Positions 1 through 7,714 of a stretch of DNA of 64,000 nt are shown here, piece by piece. Positions within the stretch are counted from its first letter, which is position 1, and every line of letters begins with the position of its first letter. Origin of the DNA: a virus (Duplodnaviria; Caudoviricetes); the IMG/VR virus record IMGVR_UViG_3300009678_000059, positions 1-64,000 of that record, one strand, 5' to 3'. A program made the translations under genes and the position numbers. The notes under the pieces are model-generated. The model saw only the letters and a list, made by a program, of their open reading frames with translations. It was not told the origin of the DNA and made no database searches.

Positions 1-507
1 GGCCTCGTATATACTCATGCTTTCTAAATTACCGTAACCGTTAAAAGTTATGTATTCATCACCCCAATTGTGAATTTTTCCAAAAAACACGGCTCTCGCG
101 GCTTCTTCAGGCTTATTATAGTAATAAGTTTGAAAAAAATCGTCGTCAAATTCCAGTATCATATCATCAGGATTATTTTCCGATGCGTATTCATTCCATA
201 AGCCTATTTTTTCGTCGTCGCTTTTATCCTCCCAACCTATAGAAATGTATTTAAATAATTTCTCTAACTCACTATTACTAAAGCTCTCGGAATATAAATA
301 ACTTGGGAAACCTTCAAAATCTGTGAACATTGGTTCAGGATCTGAAATTCCTACTTTTTCAAAATGTTCATTTATGTAGTCTTGGAATTCGTCCGCGTCG
401 CTAAAATCTGATAAATCAACCCAATGACCATATTTAAATTGAGTTCCTTCGTTGTAGCTTGCGTAATCAGTTAAAAAAAGTTTCGGGGTAGTTGTTGTAG
501 TTTCCAT
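1..507 (-). CDS. ardA: ArdA-like anti-restriction (DNA mimic) protein, 3' end runs off the window
   Basis: Not in the ORF track; translated by hand from ATG at 507: METTTTTPKLFLTDYASYNEGTQFKYGHWVDLSDFSDADEFQDYINEHFEKVGISDPEPMFTDFEGFP... The Y-x-x-YN...W-x-DL-x-D...DPE-x-MF-x-D-x-E pattern and high acidity match ArdA. Confidence 0.8.
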   Translation of the reverse strand, partial: METTTTTPKLFLTDYASYNEGTQFKYGHWVDLSDFSDADEFQDYINEHFEKVGISDPEPMFTDFEGFPSYLYSESFSNSELEKLFKYISIGWEDKSDDEKIGLWNEYASENNPDDMILEFDDDFFQTYYYNKPEEAARAVFFGKIHNWGDEYITFNGYGNLESMSIYEA

Positions 508-547
508 AATTGATAAATATAAAAGATTAATGATATTTGTTTGTTTG

Positions 548-832
548 TTATTTTCTAATGTTTAAATCGTTTTCTATTTCCTCAGGAGTCAGTCTAAGTT
601 CGTACTTTGCGAAATCATCCCAAGCAATTTGCTCCAAAAGTTTTAAATCTCTGCTTATATAGTCACTTCTTTCAATAAGTAAATAATATTCCCCTGATGG
701 CAGAATCTCAATAACTAAAGCATCCGCATAAACTAAATTATTTTCACTTTCTGAAATTCCTCCGAATGTGTTGTTAACTTCTTCTTTGGTCATTTCTTTT
801 TTAGAGTCTCTAAATTCTTGTAAAGTTTTCAT
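548..832 (-). CDS. Small acidic early protein of unknown function
   Basis: 94-aa E/D-rich ORF directly downstream of a TAnnTTTG promoter and co-oriented with ardA. Confidence 0.75.
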   Translation of the reverse strand: MKTLQEFRDSKKEMTKEEVNNTFGGISESENNLVYADALVIEILPSGEYYLLIERSDYISRDLKLLEQIAWDDFAKYELRLTPEEIENDLNIRK

Positions 833-878
833 CTTATTAAGGTATTAAGATAATCGGGTTTGTTCCTGATTTCTTTTA

Positions 879-886
879 CAAATATA
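879..886 (-). promoter_or_regulatory. Bacteroidota -7 promoter element for the early leftward operon
   Basis: TATATTTG on the minus strand, 47 nt upstream of the 832 ATG. Confidence 0.75.
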
Positions 887-2186
887 GGGCGATATGACTA
901 TAAGAAACAACAGAGAAAAACTATAATAGTAAAGGTTTACTATAAGAAATACTTATACCTGAGCAATGGCGCGGGTTTCAGGCGTATAAATGAGGTAAAA
1001 AAATATTAAAATAATTAAAAAAAGATTGAAAATAATTTATTGAAATCCTGGAAACGTATAAAATCCGGAAAAATTGAATAAATCCAAGTAATAAACAAGT
1101 ATCATTTTAAACGGTTGAAAGTTGGTAAAAGTCATATATATAAAAGGTATAATTAAAACCTATCAAAACTCCCTGCAATAGAATCTATATATAAGGAATA
1201 AGACAACATAAAGAGAAGGAAAGCGCAAAGCAGGGAACAAAGTAATTAACAGCGCAGCGGGGCCACAAATAAAGCAATACACAAAAGACAACAATGTCCG
1301 TTATTAAAAGACTATCAAACAAATAAAAGGATTAATATATATAAAGGACAGTAAACGAATTACAAGCGATAAGATAAACCGAATTCCTTCAAAAGTCCTA
1401 TTATATAAAAGGAGTTAGAACGATGTTTAAAACCTGCTAAAACTCCATGCAAAAGGAAACAAGTGTAAAAGAAAGAGAGAGACAAGAAAGAAGGAAACAT
1501 AAACGAAAGACAAGCGCGGAGCAGTACAAACAAACAACAAACTAACTAAGCAGCTAAGTATAGATTATTTCCTAGTGTATAAAGTAAATTGATTGATGAA
1601 TTGTCAACACTCGAAGCACCCTCACATTAATCTAAATTTATAAAATCTAATTACCTGAACATGGTATAAATATAAATCAGTTTATTAATTGGATTCGGTT
1701 TGGTTGTATTCGGAATAGAAATAGTTTACAATAGCTTAAACCCTTATAAATAAAGGAATTAGTATTGATTTATTACGATCATACTAAGACTATAGTACGC
1801 AATTAGAACCACCAAACGAGCTAAAATATAGTATTAGAATTGCTTTAAACACCTGACCTGAGAGATAATATAAAAACCTAAAACATTTAGAGAAAGGAAA
1901 CCGAAAAGATGACCCCGGTACACTTCAATAATGACTTGGGAAACCGGAAACAGACCCCGTATCCCCCTAGATTATACCTACCTATCATAAACTCTCACTA
2001 CTATAAATCTCACACAATACAGAGTGGGACAGCAAGTAAAAAAGCATGTGGGACAGTAGAAAGTGGGACAGTATTATGGGTGTCCCAGAGGTTAATAGCG
2101 GGACAGTGAGATTTGGTCATTTATTTAGATTAAATATACATTACAGATAAAGTGGTACAAAAAACGGGACAGTAACATAAAAGTAT
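887..2186. other. Large non-coding region between divergent operons with short repeated motifs; candidate genome terminus or packaging region
   Basis: No credible ORF and strongly A-rich on +. TATATA(A)(A)AGG-type motifs at 1137, 1186, 1336, 1402 and 1741. Imperfect direct repeat 1127-1178 / 1391-1452. GACCCC motifs near 1910 and 1953. Confidence 0.55.
2026..2172 (+). repeat. Cluster of GGGACAG heptamers (candidate operator sites)
   Basis: Direct copies at 2026, 2050, 2065, 2100 and 2166, plus inverted TGTCCC at 2081. Confidence 0.7.
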
Positions 2187-2194
2187 TATATTTG
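2187..2194 (+). promoter_or_regulatory. -7 promoter element for the rightward operon
   Basis: TATATTTG 33 nt upstream of ATG 2227. Confidence 0.75.
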
Positions 2195-2226
2195 TCATAG
2201 TTGAATGATTAAACAAAAGTTAAGAG

Positions 2227-2580
2227 ATGGATACGAATATTGAGCAGAAGGTGTTAGATTTGAACAATGATGGGAAGTCGCTTCGTCAGATTGCGGATGA
2301 TTTAGGCATCAATAAGAATAAGGTTTCCCGCATATTGTCTAAGTTCTTGAATCCGATAGATACTGCGGCTAAGAAGTCGGCTGCTAAGGCGGTTGAAGCT
2401 GATGAGGTGATGGAGGTTGAATATGAGGAAACTGACGAGAGAGTGTCTTCGTTTGTTGGATGGGATAGGATAGGTCCGAATGAGTATTCTAATAAGGCGA
2501 CAGGTGAGATTATGAATGTTCGTTTTGTTAAGGGTGCTGCTGAGAATCATTTCATTGGGCATTTCGTAAAAAGCAAGTAG
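2227..2580 (+). CDS. Helix-turn-helix DNA-binding protein
   Basis: N-terminal GKSLRQIADDLGINKNKVSRIL is a canonical HTH. Confidence 0.8.
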   Translation: MDTNIEQKVLDLNNDGKSLRQIADDLGINKNKVSRILSKFLNPIDTAAKKSAAKAVEADEVMEVEYEETDERVSSFVGWDRIGPNEYSNKATGEIMNVRFVKGAAENHFIGHFVKSK

Positions 2581-2582
2581 AA

Positions 2583-2858
2583 ATGGGATTTGAAATACAC
2601 ATGGATATGGGAAATTCTGAAAAAAAATCGGCTGACGCCAATGTAGGTAATGTTATTGCGGCGGTTCCGACGGCGAGAGAGTTTCTGAATATGGGCCTGA
2701 CTGATGATTATGCAAAGGATATGATACAATTCGCTATGATGCACGTTGAGAATTTCGCGAAAACTCTTGCTTACAAACATTCAGAATGCTACGGAAACGC
2801 AACGGCTGTGGATATTGAGCTGATTCCGGAAGCGGTTGAGAAATATAAAATTAAATAA
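2583..2858 (+). CDS. Hypothetical protein
   Basis: 91-aa ORF tightly packed in the operon. Confidence 0.7.
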   Translation: MGFEIHMDMGNSEKKSADANVGNVIAAVPTAREFLNMGLTDDYAKDMIQFAMMHVENFAKTLAYKHSECYGNATAVDIELIPEAVEKYKIK

Positions 2859-2868
2859 ATCAAATAGA

Positions 2869-3114
2869 ATGAAAAAAGAGTACAAAGTAAGCGGAGCAGC
2901 AATTGGATTAGGATTAAGCGTATTTATATTAGCGTGTACGGTATATTGCTTCGTTATAGCATTGATTATTGACAACCAGATTGCGGCTTGGGGATGGGGG
3001 CTTTTAACCTTACATACGTTTGGAGGATTCCTGAAATCTATGCTAAAATACCTGAAGAAAAAACATAAGCGTAAGCTGAAAGAGTGTAGTAAAGAAGACA
3101 TTTACACTCGTTAA
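2869..3114 (+). CDS. Small membrane protein (two predicted TM segments)
   Basis: Hydrophobic stretches and a basic tail; second ATG (2869) chosen to avoid overlap. Confidence 0.65.
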   Translation: MKKEYKVSGAAIGLGLSVFILACTVYCFVIALIIDNQIAAWGWGLLTLHTFGGFLKSMLKYLKKKHKRKLKECSKEDIYTR

Positions 3115-3316
3115 AAATAAAAAAGATAAGGCAGAAGAAAATCCATATCGGTATATATGGTAGACTTTCAGGGATTATCGACAGAGCAGTGAGCCTTACG
3201 CCACAATATAGACCGCCAAGTCTGTGGTTCCATAATTTGGCTGCCCAATCCCTGATATTACTGACAGCTGAGTAATTTATTGGTTTTTACTCTTAACGGA
3301 AAGATACGGCAAAAAC

Positions 3317-3380
3317 GGGGGGTTGACATATTGGCTATTATCTCTTGACGGTAATGCAGACTCGGACTCTGCTCCCTCCA
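3317..3380 (+). ncRNA. tRNA-like element lacking a D-stem, with a G3.U70 acceptor (tmRNA TLD-like)
   Basis: Acceptor GGGGGG/CCCTCC plus discriminator A; T-arm GCAGA-CTCGGAC-TCTGC; central arm TTATC-TCTTGAC-GGTAA; unpaired 14-nt D region containing GG. Confidence 0.5.
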
Positions 3381-3449
3381 CGAAAAAAGTGATGAAGTGA
3401 CCTCACATTCGAGGATTTTAACCAAATTTCAACCAAACTACAAGTAAAT

Positions 3450-4145
3450 ATGAAAAAAGGCACAGGAGTAAAAGGAGACAAGCCAACTGCGGTCAAAAAG
3501 GAATTGAAAAACGAGATAAAGTACCAAGTTCAGCTTACGGACGAACAGAAGGCTGTGAAGACAGGGGCTTATCAAAAGGATGTCACAATCGTACTTGGGC
3601 ATTTCGGTTCCGGAAAAACTCTTGTAGCGGCTCAGATAGCATTGGATATGCTGTTTAAGAAGCAGATTTCAAAGATTTACATTACAAGACCGATTAACTT
3701 CGAGGCCACGGGATTTTTGACAGGATCAGCCGATGAGAAACTGGCATTTCATACATTCCCAATCAAGCAGAATTTCTATGCCTGTTACAGCAAGGTGAAA
3801 ATCGACGAATTATTCAAGGACGGGACTATACAGATTGTGCCAATCGACTACATGAAAGGCTACACTTTTGCTGACTCATGCACGATAGTTGACGAATTCG
3901 AGGATATTAATTACAAGGATTTTGAGCTTATTCTTACAAGACTCGGAAAAGGTTCTAAATTGCTTTTCACCGGTTCCGAAGAACAGATTGACATAAAAGG
4001 AAGCTGCATCGACAAGATAAAATGCCTGCAGAACTTTGATTTGGTTAACTACCATGTTCTTACTTCACAGCACAGAAACGAGGCCATTATGCAGATTCTG
4101 AACTTCGTTAAAGACAATCACTCGGTTAAATCTCAGCAAAACTAG
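3450..4145 (+). CDS. phoH: PhoH-family ATPase
   Basis: Walker A GHFGSGKT, IYITRP, GFLTG...EKL, MKGYTF, IVDEFED, LTRLG...GS-x-x-Q-x-D and HR motifs. Confidence 0.93.
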   Translation: MKKGTGVKGDKPTAVKKELKNEIKYQVQLTDEQKAVKTGAYQKDVTIVLGHFGSGKTLVAAQIALDMLFKKQISKIYITRPINFEATGFLTGSADEKLAFHTFPIKQNFYACYSKVKIDELFKDGTIQIVPIDYMKGYTFADSCTIVDEFEDINYKDFELILTRLGKGSKLLFTGSEEQIDIKGSCIDKIKCLQNFDLVNYHVLTSQHRNEAIMQILNFVKDNHSVKSQQN

Positions 4146-4148
4146 CCT

Positions 4149-4580
4149 ATGAAAGTTAGTTTAGAAGTAGCAGTAGTGGCGCATGAGAAAGGGTTTTATT
4201 TCCAGGCGCCATGTTTCTGCGGAGACGCTGAGAATGACGGGGAATGCAACAGGTGCAGAGTTCTTCAGGAACAATGCGAGAACTTTACGGCATATCGGCC
4301 AAGCCAGACAGAAGTTCAGAAAGTATTAAGAAACATAAACATACATGCGGCATCGGAAGCTATCCCTCAACCGGAATGTGTCAAATTCATCGGTCACATC
4401 CTGTACGTTGGGAACAATGTAATGATAAGCGAAAACACCAAATTCATACGCGACTCATACGAGGAAGCATTAGATGACGCCTTGGAATACGGACTCGAAA
4501 TGATTGAGGTGATTGACACAATGGAGGAAGAAGGAGAATATGACGACGATGACGATTCAGACGACGAAGATTATGAGTAA
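4149..4580 (+). CDS. Hypothetical protein with Cys cluster and acidic tail
   Basis: 143-aa ORF with CxC...CxxC and a D/E-rich C-terminus. Confidence 0.7.
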   Translation: MKVSLEVAVVAHEKGFYFQAPCFCGDAENDGECNRCRVLQEQCENFTAYRPSQTEVQKVLRNINIHAASEAIPQPECVKFIGHILYVGNNVMISENTKFIRDSYEEALDDALEYGLEMIEVIDTMEEEGEYDDDDDSDDEDYE

Positions 4581-4773
4581 GATGGTAAAAAAAGACAAGT
4601 GGGTTACAAAGAAAATGGTAAGCCCTGAATTGAGAGAGGAAATCATATTTTACTGGAGATGCTCCAAGGACAACGGTTCTCAGGACATAGCCACAAGATT
4701 CGGCATTACGGTTTACATGGTCAACGGGATTTTGGATAAACACTTAAAAAGCAGGGTATTAGATGATAAGTAA
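4573..4773 (+). CDS. Small HTH-like protein
   Basis: SQDIATRFGITVYMVNGIL is HTH-like; start at ATG 4573 overlaps the previous stop. Confidence 0.6.
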   Translation: MSKMVKKDKWVTKKMVSPELREEIIFYWRCSKDNGSQDIATRFGITVYMVNGILDKHLKSRVLDDK

Positions 4774-5071
4774 AGAATTATTCGTTGACTGCATAAACTC
4801 CATAATGCTTCAACATTCCGAAGATAAGGCGAATGCCGAATTGGTGAAACAGGCTTTTCAGGTTAGTGAATTCGCACTGTATGATAACGGAAAACTGATT
4901 TCGGCCATTGTCAATTTGCTAAGACAATACTTTCCGGTGTGTTTTGATGGTTTTTGCAACTTGGAGCATTACATGTTTCAGTTAGATTTCGGGAAATGTG
5001 GCGAGGAATATGAATCGCCGGAGGAATTTTACGACAGATTAGTTAACGAACAAAACTTAATTAACCCATGA
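4763..5071 (+). CDS. Hypothetical protein
   Basis: 102-aa ORF coupled to its neighbours. Confidence 0.7.
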   Translation: MISKELFVDCINSIMLQHSEDKANAELVKQAFQVSEFALYDNGKLISAIVNLLRQYFPVCFDGFCNLEHYMFQLDFGKCGEEYESPEEFYDRLVNEQNLINP

Positions 5072-5232
5072 ATATAATCACCACCAATCTTTGTCATTCA
5101 GTCGGGCCGTATAAATTTATTTATGTGTCGAATACGTTTTATGACAACAATATTTTCTGCGTAAACAGATTCGATTACAACGCGACATCAAGTCCTCTTA
5201 TTGGAATTTGGAAAATAAAATATAAACTATGA
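5068..5232 (+). CDS. Small hypothetical protein (54 aa)
   Basis: Hand-translated; ATGA overlaps with both neighbours. Confidence 0.5.
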   Translation: MNIITTNLCHSVGPYKFIYVSNTFYDNNIFCVNRFDYNATSSPLIGIWKIKYKL

Positions 5233-5546
5233 TACTACTATACTCAATTTTAGCTTTAACAGCCTCGGTTTACCTGGTGATTTCGGCAATCATGTTTTTC
5301 AATCATGCGGAACATTACCATACTTACCGTAAAGTCTACAAAAGTCTTCCTGAGATGAAATTCAGAATAAACAAATACCACGGTTCGGTTCATTCGATTC
5401 ACTGTCCGTTCATTTATTACACGGAAGACAAAATCGTGGATTTGGACGGTGAGATTTACCTGACAGACGGCGCTTACGAGTATTTCGACCTTTACTCGTG
5501 GTGGTACAGAAGGAAATTCGTGAAATGGTTTGATAATTTAGAATAA
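5229..5546 (+). CDS. Membrane-anchored hypothetical protein
   Basis: N-terminal TM segment. Confidence 0.65.
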   Translation: MILLYSILALTASVYLVISAIMFFNHAEHYHTYRKVYKSLPEMKFRINKYHGSVHSIHCPFIYYTEDKIVDLDGEIYLTDGAYEYFDLYSWWYRRKFVKWFDNLE

Positions 5547-6346
5547 TGGAGGAAGAAGAAAAGCCCAAGAAAAGACAAGGAAGGCCCAAGGGAAGCAAGA
5601 ATAAAGTACAAGGCAAAATGTTGAAGGAGCATCGTAAGGAACGAGGTCGTGATAATCGCCACCATAATCAATACGATGGGCAGACAAGGGGCGAGTTCAT
5701 GAAAGTCCGCGACGGAGAAACTCAGGAGCAGTGGGAGGCGAGGACTGCACAGAGAAGGATTTACGGAAAGTCCAAGGATTCAAGGATAAAGAACACCAAG
5801 GACGGGAAACTCGTTATTCTGAGCCGAAAACTTCCCGGAATGCAGAAAGAGGTACAGCTTTGCATTTACCGAAATATCCATGAGAGGATGTTCGACTTCC
5901 TGAGAGTGTATTCTCTGATAATGAAACATGCCGAGGTGAGACACGACGTACTGAAAGACGACATAGAGCTTGGGTTCTACTTTTACAACGGGCTGCCTTT
6001 TACCAAGGAGGAGTTTAATCAATTATGCCTCATGACAGGATATGTAAAGGGAGTTTTCGCGAGATTCTACAAAAAGGGCTACATTCAGAAAATGGCTATC
6101 ATGGCGGCAAACGGAGTGACAAAGGATACTCAGTATTACATACTGACGCTGGAATTCACAAGACTTATTGCCAAGGTTTACTCGGTTCTGACGAAAACTT
6201 CCAAGATGCAGATTGAAAATGCCCACGGAAAGCCACGTGTCAGTAAAGAACTAATGGAATGGATAGTGAAGGCCAACGAGGACATTGAGGAGACGATTTT
6301 GGGGATAAAGAAGCAGGACAAGATAAATTACAGAAACGAAGATTAA
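5546..6346 (+). CDS. Putative winged-helix (MarR-like) regulator with a basic AT-hook-like N-terminus
   Basis: KKRQGRPKGSKNK N-terminus. The C-terminal half (DIELGFYFY...FTKEEF...RLIAKVY) resembles a conserved wHTH gene of Bacteroidota podoviruses (from memory, not searched). Confidence 0.55.
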   Translation: MEEEEKPKKRQGRPKGSKNKVQGKMLKEHRKERGRDNRHHNQYDGQTRGEFMKVRDGETQEQWEARTAQRRIYGKSKDSRIKNTKDGKLVILSRKLPGMQKEVQLCIYRNIHERMFDFLRVYSLIMKHAEVRHDVLKDDIELGFYFYNGLPFTKEEFNQLCLMTGYVKGVFARFYKKGYIQKMAIMAANGVTKDTQYYILTLEFTRLIAKVYSVLTKTSKMQIENAHGKPRVSKELMEWIVKANEDIEETILGIKKQDKINYRNED

Positions 6347-6348
6347 TC

Positions 6349-6582
6349 ATGGGTAGTTGGAATCACAGATTATTAGCACATATACACGACGAAGAAGTGT
6401 ATCTACAAGTTCACGAAGTTTATTATAATGACGACGGAATACCAAACGGATATTCAGAAAATCCAGTTACAATCGGCTCAGAAGAAATTAAAGGAATCAA
6501 ATGGGTTTTAACCAATGTCAGGAAATGTCTTGACAAACCAATTTTATACGCAGGAAGCAATTTTCCAGCAGAATATAATTAA
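6349..6582 (+). CDS. Conserved small phage protein
   Basis: W-N-H-R...EVYY..DG.P.GYSE pattern recurrent in phages. Confidence 0.65.
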   Translation: MGSWNHRLLAHIHDEEVYLQVHEVYYNDDGIPNGYSENPVTIGSEEIKGIKWVLTNVRKCLDKPILYAGSNFPAEYN

Positions 6583-6600
6583 TCAACTAAATATAAACAG

Positions 6601-6828
6601 ATGAAAAAAGTATTATTATCAGCGGCAATCGCTATTTTCGCGACGGGTTGTGAAACAAAAAATGTATCAATACAAAGTACAGATACAATGATTAGTGGCA
6701 TGTCAATAAAAACATACACAATTCAAGGGTGTGAATATATTGGTAAGGCTATTGGTGGTGATTCGGCTGTTTTGACCCACAAAGGAAACTGCAAATTTTG
6801 CATCGAAAGAAATAAAACAATTAAATAA
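6601..6828 (+). CDS. Small lipoprotein
   Basis: Signal peptide with lipobox FATGC; C-terminal THKGNC motif. Confidence 0.65.
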   Translation: MKKVLLSAAIAIFATGCETKNVSIQSTDTMISGMSIKTYTIQGCEYIGKAIGGDSAVLTHKGNCKFCIERNKTIK

Positions 6829-6833
6829 ATAAT

Positions 6834-7055
6834 ATGAATCCAGTAAATTACACACTTACCTTTGGGGAAAAAAGAGTTCAGAGAAGTTTCAATCCGTCGG
6901 CAAATACTGAGATTGAACAAATCAAAGAAATGTATGCTAAGGTTATCGACCACGTAGAAACACTGCGAAACAGCGCAAACAACAGAGAAGTTTCTTTAGC
7001 TCAGACGGAATTGGAAACATCTTGTATGTATGCCGTAAAATCACTTTTCGTATAA
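6834..7055 (+). CDS. Acb2/Tad1-like helical-hairpin protein (candidate signalling-nucleotide sponge)
   Basis: FNPS...IEQIK...REVSLAQTELETSCMYAVKS parallels the Acb2 C-terminal helix ([20 protein letters not shown]). Confidence 0.55.
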   Translation: MNPVNYTLTFGEKRVQRSFNPSANTEIEQIKEMYAKVIDHVETLRNSANNREVSLAQTELETSCMYAVKSLFV

Positions 7056-7155
7056 TGGATTATTGTGCGGCAATAATACTCGGTATATTAGTCGGATATT
7101 TAGCTAAATCGCTAGTAGGGAATACAAAAAAGTAAACAATTAAATAAAAATCAAA

Positions 7156-7416
7156 ATGACAAAATCAGAATTAATCGGGGAAGTAGCCTCAGAATGCGGA
7201 ATCACAAAAGGATTAGCAAAAGAAGTAGTAGAATCAGTATTCTCGAACCTTGTAAAAGGAATCGGTGAATCGGACAGGGTTTATATGCCTGGATTTGGCA
7301 TTTTCGCGAAATCAGAGAGAGCAGCGAGAACGGGAAGAAATCCTAAAAACGGGAATCCAGTTGAAATTCCTGCAAAGACTACGTTAAAATTCAAGGCTTC
7401 CTTTGAAGTTGAATAA
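7156..7416 (+). CDS. hup: HU/IHF-family DNA-binding protein
   Basis: MTKSELI...GFGIF...RAARTGRNPKNG..VEIPAK..LKFK signature. Confidence 0.95.
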   Translation: MTKSELIGEVASECGITKGLAKEVVESVFSNLVKGIGESDRVYMPGFGIFAKSERAARTGRNPKNGNPVEIPAKTTLKFKASFEVE

Positions 7417-7436
7417 AAACACTTATATTAGCGGCA

Positions 7437-7523
7437 TCTTCTTTTGAGTTTTCATGGTAACTCTTAGGTTTTGGATGGTTTAGAACGAAAAAAGCTCCAC
7501 TGTAAAAAGTAGAGCTTTTTTTT
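7437..7523 (+). ncRNA. Candidate sRNA 1 (U/G-rich; complementary to ACCATG-type start regions)
   Basis: Promoter-like TATATTAG at 7424-7431; hairpin GAGTT-TTCATGGT-AACTC at 7446-7463; intrinsic terminator at 7488-7523; no + ORF. Confidence 0.55.
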
Positions 7524-7538
7524 ATTATATTTGCCGAA

Positions 7539-7595
7539 CCACGCTAAGGATAGTATCCTTGGTCCGACGCTCCTTAATTGGAGCGTTTCTTATTT
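7539..7595 (+). ncRNA. Candidate sRNA 2 (~55 nt, two hairpins)
   Basis: TATATTTG at 7526-7533; hairpin CTAAGGAT-AGT-ATCCTTGG; terminator ACGCTCC-TTAATT-GGAGCGT-TTCTTATTT; no ORF. Confidence 0.55.
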
Positions 7596-7621
7596 AGAAT
7601 TGTTCTGAAATAATTGTTTCG

Positions 7622-7714
7622 TATATTTGCCACATCGAATGCAAGCGATACAACAATTTAATAAAATTCCCCCTTTGAGTGCCTTGCATCACTTTTAGGG
7701 GGTTTTTTGTATTT
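7622..7714 (+). promoter_or_regulatory. Kissing-loop leader copy 1 (promoter plus two hairpins with complementary loops)
   Basis: TATATTTG; ATCG-AATGCAAG-CGAT; CCCCCT..AGTG-CCTTGCAT-CACT..AGGGGG-TTTTTT; ATG at 7715. Confidence 0.85.

Noticed and set aside
1909-2109. 66-aa ORF
   Set aside because: It runs through the GGGACAG cluster, has no upstream promoter and has no recognisable composition; probably spurious.
887-2186. CRISPR or mini-array in the large non-coding region
   Set aside because: Repeats are 7-12 bp, imperfect and irregularly spaced; there is no constant repeat-spacer period and no cas gene.
3165-3310. SAM-I riboswitch (TTATC...GAAAGATA resemblance)
   Set aside because: The core AUCAAGAG, kink-turn and GCAACC elements are absent, and the downstream gene is unrelated to sulfur metabolism.
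3317-3383. Canonical tRNA-Gln(TTG), tRNA-Ala or full tmRNA
   Set aside because: It is about 9 nt too short, with no D-stem, a 1-nt variable region and no U33. No tag reading frame lies between the acceptor strands.
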